Shown here in pieces: positions 28,533 through 33,178 of a DNA stretch of 33,178 nucleotides. The notes under the pieces were generated by a model. That model was not told where the DNA came from. It searched no databases and was given only the letters and a program-made list of their open reading frames with translations. The translations under genes and the position numbers were made by a program. The stretch comes from Alphaproteobacteria bacterium (GTDB lineage: Bacteria > Pseudomonadota > Alphaproteobacteria > Paracaedibacterales > CAITNM01), in assembly GCA_947499175.1 (NCBI GenBank), contig CANMNU010000002.1:1-33178 (forward strand). The letters are read 5' to 3'. Within the stretch, counting starts at the first letter, position 1. The number at the start of each line of letters is the position of its first letter.

Positions 28533-30182
28533 ATGAAAAAATGCTATTTGAGCGAGGTTGATAAGAACTATTCTTTTAATGAAGATTTAGTATTGGGGCC
28601 TTGGTGTTTTAAGGATATTATAAGTGCGAGTAAAGCTGAATGTATGGAGGCGTATGAAGGTGAAGATCTTGCTGCCTTACATCAACAGCTTTACACGCTT
28701 GGAATTAATTTATTAATTAAAGATGCTGATTTGATTGATGAAGAAAAAAGACAAATATTTTTACTTAAAAATCAGTATGAATATTTATATTTTGTTTTTT
28801 TTGGATTTTATTTGTTTAGTCTTATAAAAAAAACTCTGAGCGTTTATCCAGTTCAAAGCATAGCTTTTGAAAAAGTGAGTAAACCGGCAGAAATGCAATC
28901 TCTATCAAGTTATCTAGATCCCACCTATTTTGGCTATCTAGCGATGCAAATAATTGAAGTTATACTCAAAAATGAGCAGACTAATTGGTTTACTCCAGAG
29001 AGCAATGCTAAGGAAATGGTTGAGAGAGACATTCTGCAGCCTGCTCAAAAATTGTTAACTAGAATTAAAAATAAGCTGAACTATTTTTCAGATATTAGGG
29101 GCATCTATTTTATCCAAGGATTGCTATTAACAATCATTTATAAAGTTAGGAACCTACAAGGCAAAAGAAAGCCTAACTATTTTATAGATCATCCAGCATT
29201 AAAAATAAATACAGAAATTTTAGAGTTTATTGAAATTTTTAGAGAGTTATTTTCTAATTATAAAATCAAAGAAGATTCTTATGTTTACAATAACAAATCC
29301 AAAAAACTACATATAAGCACTCCTGGCAAGCTTATTTTTAGTGAGAAGTTGTCGGATGTTGTATACAGAGACTATCTCGTCGGGAAAACTAATTTATGTA
29401 TAATCCAGCATGGCGGGATGTATGGATTCTTGCATAATTGCTTTAGACATGAAATAGAATACAATTTTCCTTCCTTTATTAGTTGGGGCACAGAAACTTA
29501 TTCTAATATTGCTGGCAGAAACATTATTAATCACCTGCCTAGCCCACATTTAAACGAGATAAAAGATTTATATGTCTTTGATAATCAAGAAAAAATCAGT
29601 TGGATTGCAGGTGGAATTGGTAGGTGCGGGGATGGGCTTGAATATATGTCTGCCTCTCAAGGGGTTGTTTATTATAAAAAAAAATTAAAGCTTTTTAACA
29701 ATTTAGATCATGGGTTGGCTAGAAAGCTTATTTATAAATCTTTTTCCTTAAAACATTCAAGCATACTGTTTGAAGATCCATTGTTAAATGAAATTCCAAA
29801 AATCCAGCAGATATCAACTGAAATAACTGCAATTACTCTAATGTTAAATTCTAAATTTTCAATAATGGATTACATGGGCACTCCATTTTATGAAGCCATG
29901 AGTATGAATGCCCCAGTGGTACTGTGTCTGTGCCAGAGGCAATATTCTCTTTTTACCGATACAGCGGCGAAACTATTGAAGGAATTTGAAAAACTAGGAG
30001 TGGTACACAGTGACCCTCAAAAGGCTGCGGTTTTTATAAACTCCCTACACGAAAAAAATGTAGAAGAGTGGTGGCAAAGTGAAGGAATTCAGGATCTTAG
30101 GTTAAGATTTATAGAGATGTACGCCAATAATAAACCTTATTTTTGGCCATGGGCAAAAGCTATTTTAAAGAGAGAAATATAA
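28533..30182 (+). CDS. Large hypothetical protein; possible LIC12162-family-like glycan transferase
   Basis: 549 aa with a very AT-rich gene. The N-terminal LVLGPWCF motif recalls the uncharacterised putative-transferase family seen in nonulosonic-acid/O-antigen loci (from memory, unverified). No GT-A or GT-B motif is recognised by eye. Confidence 0.3.
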   Translation: MKKCYLSEVDKNYSFNEDLVLGPWCFKDIISASKAECMEAYEGEDLAALHQQLYTLGINLLIKDADLIDEEKRQIFLLKNQYEYLYFVFFGFYLFSLIKKTLSVYPVQSIAFEKVSKPAEMQSLSSYLDPTYFGYLAMQIIEVILKNEQTNWFTPESNAKEMVERDILQPAQKLLTRIKNKLNYFSDIRGIYFIQGLLLTIIYKVRNLQGKRKPNYFIDHPALKINTEILEFIEIFRELFSNYKIKEDSYVYNNKSKKLHISTPGKLIFSEKLSDVVYRDYLVGKTNLCIIQHGGMYGFLHNCFRHEIEYNFPSFISWGTETYSNIAGRNIINHLPSPHLNEIKDLYVFDNQEKISWIAGGIGRCGDGLEYMSASQGVVYYKKKLKLFNNLDHGLARKLIYKSFSLKHSSILFEDPLLNEIPKIQQISTEITAITLMLNSKFSIMDYMGTPFYEAMSMNAPVVLCLCQRQYSLFTDTAAKLLKEFEKLGVVHSDPQKAAVFINSLHEKNVEEWWQSEGIQDLRLRFIEMYANNKPYFWPWAKAILKREI

Positions 30183-30892
30183 TGACTATTTTTTTATCAG
30201 CATGGCAGCAACTTGCCTCCCCTCAGGTAACTATTGCTATGGCAAGCATGGGATTTGATTGGATAGTTGTTGATCTTGAGCATTCATCGATTACTACACA
30301 GGAAGCAGAGACAATATTCATTGCTGCTGAACGATGCAATGCTAAACCATTTGTAAGGTTACCATCGGCTGATCCTTATTTGGCTAGGCGCCTTTTGGAT
30401 GCTGGAGCGGTTGGGATATTAGTGCCAGTTGTAGAATCTAAAGAAGCGTTTGATAATTTTGCTCAGCACTGTTTTTTTTCACCAAAAGGAAGAAGAGGGC
30501 TAGGGCTTGTTAGATCTAATGGCTGGGGAGAGAATCTAAAGGGTTATTTCGATGAAATTAAGCCAACATTGATTGCACAAATTGAAACAAAAACAGGTGC
30601 CCAGAATATACAAAATATTCTTTCTTCTGAATTTTTGGATGGAATAATGATTGGCCCCTATGATTTATCAGCAAGTCTTGGGACGCCAGGTAACTTTAAT
30701 GGTGGAATCTTTAAAGATATTTGTAGTTCTGTAACTCAATCAGCAAGGAATCATAAAAAAATGGTTGGTTACCACCAAGTGGAACCGAACTTAGTAGAAT
30801 TACAAAAACGTATTGAAGAAGGCTATGATTTTATCGCTTATGGAACAGATATCGTCGCTTTGAGACATTCCTTAAAAGGAATTAAAAAATGA
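30182..30892 (+). CDS. HpcH/HpaI-family class II (pyruvate-specific) aldolase
   Basis: The ATG at 30182 overlaps the previous stop (TAATG). Sequence features are GFDWIVVDLEHSSI, FVRLPS, LLDAGAVGILVPVVES, FSPKGRRGLG, LIAQIETKTG and IMIGPYDLSASLG. Confidence 0.85.
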   Translation: MTIFLSAWQQLASPQVTIAMASMGFDWIVVDLEHSSITTQEAETIFIAAERCNAKPFVRLPSADPYLARRLLDAGAVGILVPVVESKEAFDNFAQHCFFSPKGRRGLGLVRSNGWGENLKGYFDEIKPTLIAQIETKTGAQNIQNILSSEFLDGIMIGPYDLSASLGTPGNFNGGIFKDICSSVTQSARNHKKMVGYHQVEPNLVELQKRIEEGYDFIAYGTDIVALRHSLKGIKK

Positions 30893-31647
30893 AAAAGACA
30901 TGTATTATCCCTGCTAGAATGGGATCTTCAAGATTTCCCGGTAAACCACTAGCTAAGGCTCAGGGTCTTCCTGTTATTATCCATATTGCCAAGCGCTGTT
31001 TGCTTTCAACAAATCTTGATTATGTTGGTGTGGCTACTTGTGATAAGGAAATACAGCTGGTTTGTGAGCAGCATAATATTCCAGTGATTATGACAAGTGC
31101 GCGCCATGAACGTTGTACCGATAGGGTTAGTGAAGCAATAGAGAACCTTAATTTTAATCTTAGCAATGAAGACTTTGTGTTGATGGTTCAAGGGGATGAG
31201 ATTTTAGTAACTCCGTATATGGTAGATTCGGTGATTGATGATTATCAAAAAAACCGTTCACCTATCGTTAATCTTTTATCAAGAATTTATACCAATCAAG
31301 ACCATGAAGATCCTAATGTTGTGAAGGTGGTTTCGACACCAGATCAACGCGCTCTTTATTTTTCTAGGGCTCCTATACCTTCAACCTATAGAGATAAAGA
31401 TGCTTTGATTTATCAACAAACAGGTCTAATCGGTTTTTCGTGTGGCTTTCTAAAAGAATTCAGTAATTTACCACAAACTCCATTAGAAAAAGTTGAGTCA
31501 ATTGATATGTTACGAGTGCTCGAGCATGGTTTACCTTTAAGGGTTGTATACACAGATACAGAAACTGTTGCAGTAGATGTGCCATCTGATTTAGCACGAG
31601 CTGAAAAAATTCTTGAGGTTGATCTTTTTGTGAAAATGTATGCCTAA
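30889..31647 (+). CDS. KdsB-like 3-deoxy-ulosonate cytidylyltransferase (CMP-KDO synthetase family)
   Basis: 252 aa with MKKTCIIPARMGSSRFPGKPLAK..GLPVIIH, VATCD, TSARHERCTDRVSEA and VMVQGDE. ATGA overlap with the aldolase gene. Confidence 0.85.
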   Translation: MKKTCIIPARMGSSRFPGKPLAKAQGLPVIIHIAKRCLLSTNLDYVGVATCDKEIQLVCEQHNIPVIMTSARHERCTDRVSEAIENLNFNLSNEDFVLMVQGDEILVTPYMVDSVIDDYQKNRSPIVNLLSRIYTNQDHEDPNVVKVVSTPDQRALYFSRAPIPSTYRDKDALIYQQTGLIGFSCGFLKEFSNLPQTPLEKVESIDMLRVLEHGLPLRVVYTDTETVAVDVPSDLARAEKILEVDLFVKMYA

Positions 31648-32605
31648 TATTTTGGTATCGAACATAGGTTTTGGAGAGACGTCTCTTGCTTCCCTAGAAG
31701 TACTAAAGAGTATTGGAAATGTTGTCTTGAATAAAAAAGGTATTCGCTTTAATGAGCAGGATTTTATTGAAAAAATTTCTGATACAGATATTTTAATTGC
31801 TGGTACAGAAAAAATTACAAGATCTGTTATTGGGGCTGCAAAAAATTTAAAGCTTATTGCGCGAGTGGGGGTGGGGGTTGATAATATTGATCTGGATTGT
31901 GCACTGGAAAACAAAATCAGTATTTGTTACACTCCTGATGTCCCATCAGAATCGGTACCAGAATTTACGATATCGTTGATGCTTAATCTTATAAAAGGAA
32001 TAGCTGTATCGAACCAAAAAATGCACGAAAAAGTTTGGCATCGGCCAATGGGGCGAATGTTGTCTTCGATGAAAATCGGTATTGTTGGTGCTGGTAAAAT
32101 TGGTTCTAAAGTCATTAGTCTTATTAAATCTATATCCCCTAAAACAGAAATCCTTTTTTATGACCCTTATTTGGAATCTAAAGAACAAACTGTAAAGCGT
32201 GATATTGAACAGCTATTTCATGAAAGTGATATTGTATCTTTACACTTACCATTGAATGATCAAACAAGCGGACTCGTAGATAATCGTCTTTTGGGTCTTA
32301 TGAAAAAGAGAAGCTATCTGATAAATACTTCTAGAGGTGGTATTGTAGATGAAACTGCACTATATCAAGCGTTGGCGAACAACCATTTAGCGGGGGCTGC
32401 TATAGATGTTTTTGAGAATGAGCCTTACAATGGCCCATTAACTGAACTTGACAATTGCTTGCTAACGTCTCATATAGGCTCTTTAGCTCAGGAAGTAAGA
32501 GCCATTATGGAAGATCAGGTCGTTGAAGATGTTAGGCGTTTTATCGGTGGTCAGTTTCTCATAAGGCCGTTAGATGGGTTTAATTTTAGTGGACAACAAG
32601 CATGA
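31640..32605 (+). CDS. D-isomer-specific 2-hydroxyacid dehydrogenase (phosphoglycerate dehydrogenase-like)
   Basis: 321 aa with NAD fingerprint IGIVGAGKIGSKV, LINTSRGGIVDETAL, AAIDVFENEP and the catalytic-region sequence LLTSHIGS. It overlaps the upstream stop by 8 nt. Confidence 0.85.
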   Translation: MPNILVSNIGFGETSLASLEVLKSIGNVVLNKKGIRFNEQDFIEKISDTDILIAGTEKITRSVIGAAKNLKLIARVGVGVDNIDLDCALENKISICYTPDVPSESVPEFTISLMLNLIKGIAVSNQKMHEKVWHRPMGRMLSSMKIGIVGAGKIGSKVISLIKSISPKTEILFYDPYLESKEQTVKRDIEQLFHESDIVSLHLPLNDQTSGLVDNRLLGLMKKRSYLINTSRGGIVDETALYQALANNHLAGAAIDVFENEPYNGPLTELDNCLLTSHIGSLAQEVRAIMEDQVVEDVRRFIGGQFLIRPLDGFNFSGQQA

Positions 32606-33178
32606 AAAAAGCAGTTGTATTTGGTGGTTCTGGATTTGTGGGAAGCCATGTGGCAGATGCCCTAACAAATGCTGGTATAGAGACAACTATCTTTGATATT
32701 AATCTCTCTGAATATAAAAATGATAGGCAAATTTTTATTCAAGGCAGTATCCTTGATCAAGATCTAGTAGCTAAAGCAATTGAAGGAAAAGATTACGTAT
32801 ATCACTTAGCTGGGCAAGCAGATATTGGAGTTAGTTTTGATTCCCCTAAAGAAACACTTTCTTTAAACATACTAGGAACAATTAATATTCTTGAGTCTTG
32901 TCGTAAGCATAAAACTGAACGATTTGTTTTTGCATCAACCGTTTATGTTTATTCTGATCTGGGTGGATTCTACAGGGCTAGTAAACAGTCCTGTGAAATT
33001 ATCATTGAGGAATATCAAAAAAACTTTGGAATTGATTACACAATTTTAAGATATGGCTCGCTATACGGTCCTAGAGCAGATGAGAAGAATCTTATTCATC
33101 GTATTATTAAGCAAGCAATTCTAGAAAAAATGATTCAAATTGGTTATGGCAGCAAAGAAAAAAGAGACTATATTCATG
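32602..33178 (+). CDS. NAD-dependent epimerase/dehydratase (extended SDR), 3'-truncated by window end
   Basis: ATGA overlap with the previous gene. Sequence features are MKKAVVFGGSGFVGSHV, ASTVYVY and the catalytic YRASK. The ORF is open to the last base of the window. Confidence 0.8.
   Translation, partial: MKKAVVFGGSGFVGSHVADALTNAGIETTIFDINLSEYKNDRQIFIQGSILDQDLVAKAIEGKDYVYHLAGQADIGVSFDSPKETLSLNILGTINILESCRKHKTERFVFASTVYVYSDLGGFYRASKQSCEIIIEEYQKNFGIDYTILRYGSLYGPRADEKNLIHRIIKQAILEKMIQIGYGSKEKRDYIH

Noticed and set aside
31591-32188. Minus-strand ORFs of 107, 62 and 80 aa opposite the KdsB-like and dehydrogenase genes.
   Set aside because: These are shadow ORFs within confidently assigned plus-strand genes. 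AT-rich codon composition makes long antisense frames likely by chance.

Overview
AT-rich bacterial window. Sampled 60-nt lines run from roughly 18% to 43% GC by eye. It is most likely an alphaproteobacterium of the Rickettsiales/Holosporales-like endosymbiont type, inferred from RpoB/RpoC/r-protein sequences and base composition.

(1) 51-13154, minus strand: an MFS transporter, then the conserved housekeeping block tRNA-Trp / secE-nusG-rplKAJL-rpoBC with leader, attenuator and terminator hairpins.

(2) 13155-15300: a junction where conserved synteny stops, because no tuf gene lies next to tRNA-Trp. It holds a divergent initiator tRNA-fMet, a 36-codon IS5-like remnant, an orphan coding remnant, and a heavily decayed ~1.2 kb IS481-like element. 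That element carries a perfect 25-bp tandem duplication and an in-frame (AAGTCA)15 microsatellite.

(3) 15305-33178, plus strand: one tightly packed, largely overlapping operon of at least 17 genes, cut by the window end. In order:
- A MarR/EPS-type wHTH regulator and an RfaH-like specialised NusG paralog, with an ops-like GCGGTAGC motif in the leader just downstream.
- An MsbA-like ABC exporter.
- A complete CMP-pseudaminic acid pathway: pseB, pseC, fused pseG-pseH, pseI, and an SpsF/FlmC-type cytidylyltransferase fused to a class-III aminotransferase, plus an aldo/keto reductase.
- A markedly AT-richer tailoring block: TylF-type O-methyltransferase, FemAB-like protein, SAM methyltransferase, and a 549-aa orphan putative transferase.
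- A second module: HpcH/HpaI aldolase, KdsB-like cytidylyltransferase, D-2-hydroxyacid dehydrogenase, SDR epimerase.

Best candidates for undescribed biology:
- The aldolase/KdsB-like module, a possible non-NeuB route to a CMP-activated 3-deoxy-ulosonic acid.
- The cytidylyltransferase-aminotransferase fusion.
- The FemAB/methyltransferase tailoring block.
- The RfaH-like/ops-like control unit.

All functional calls come from reading the translations. No database search was possible.
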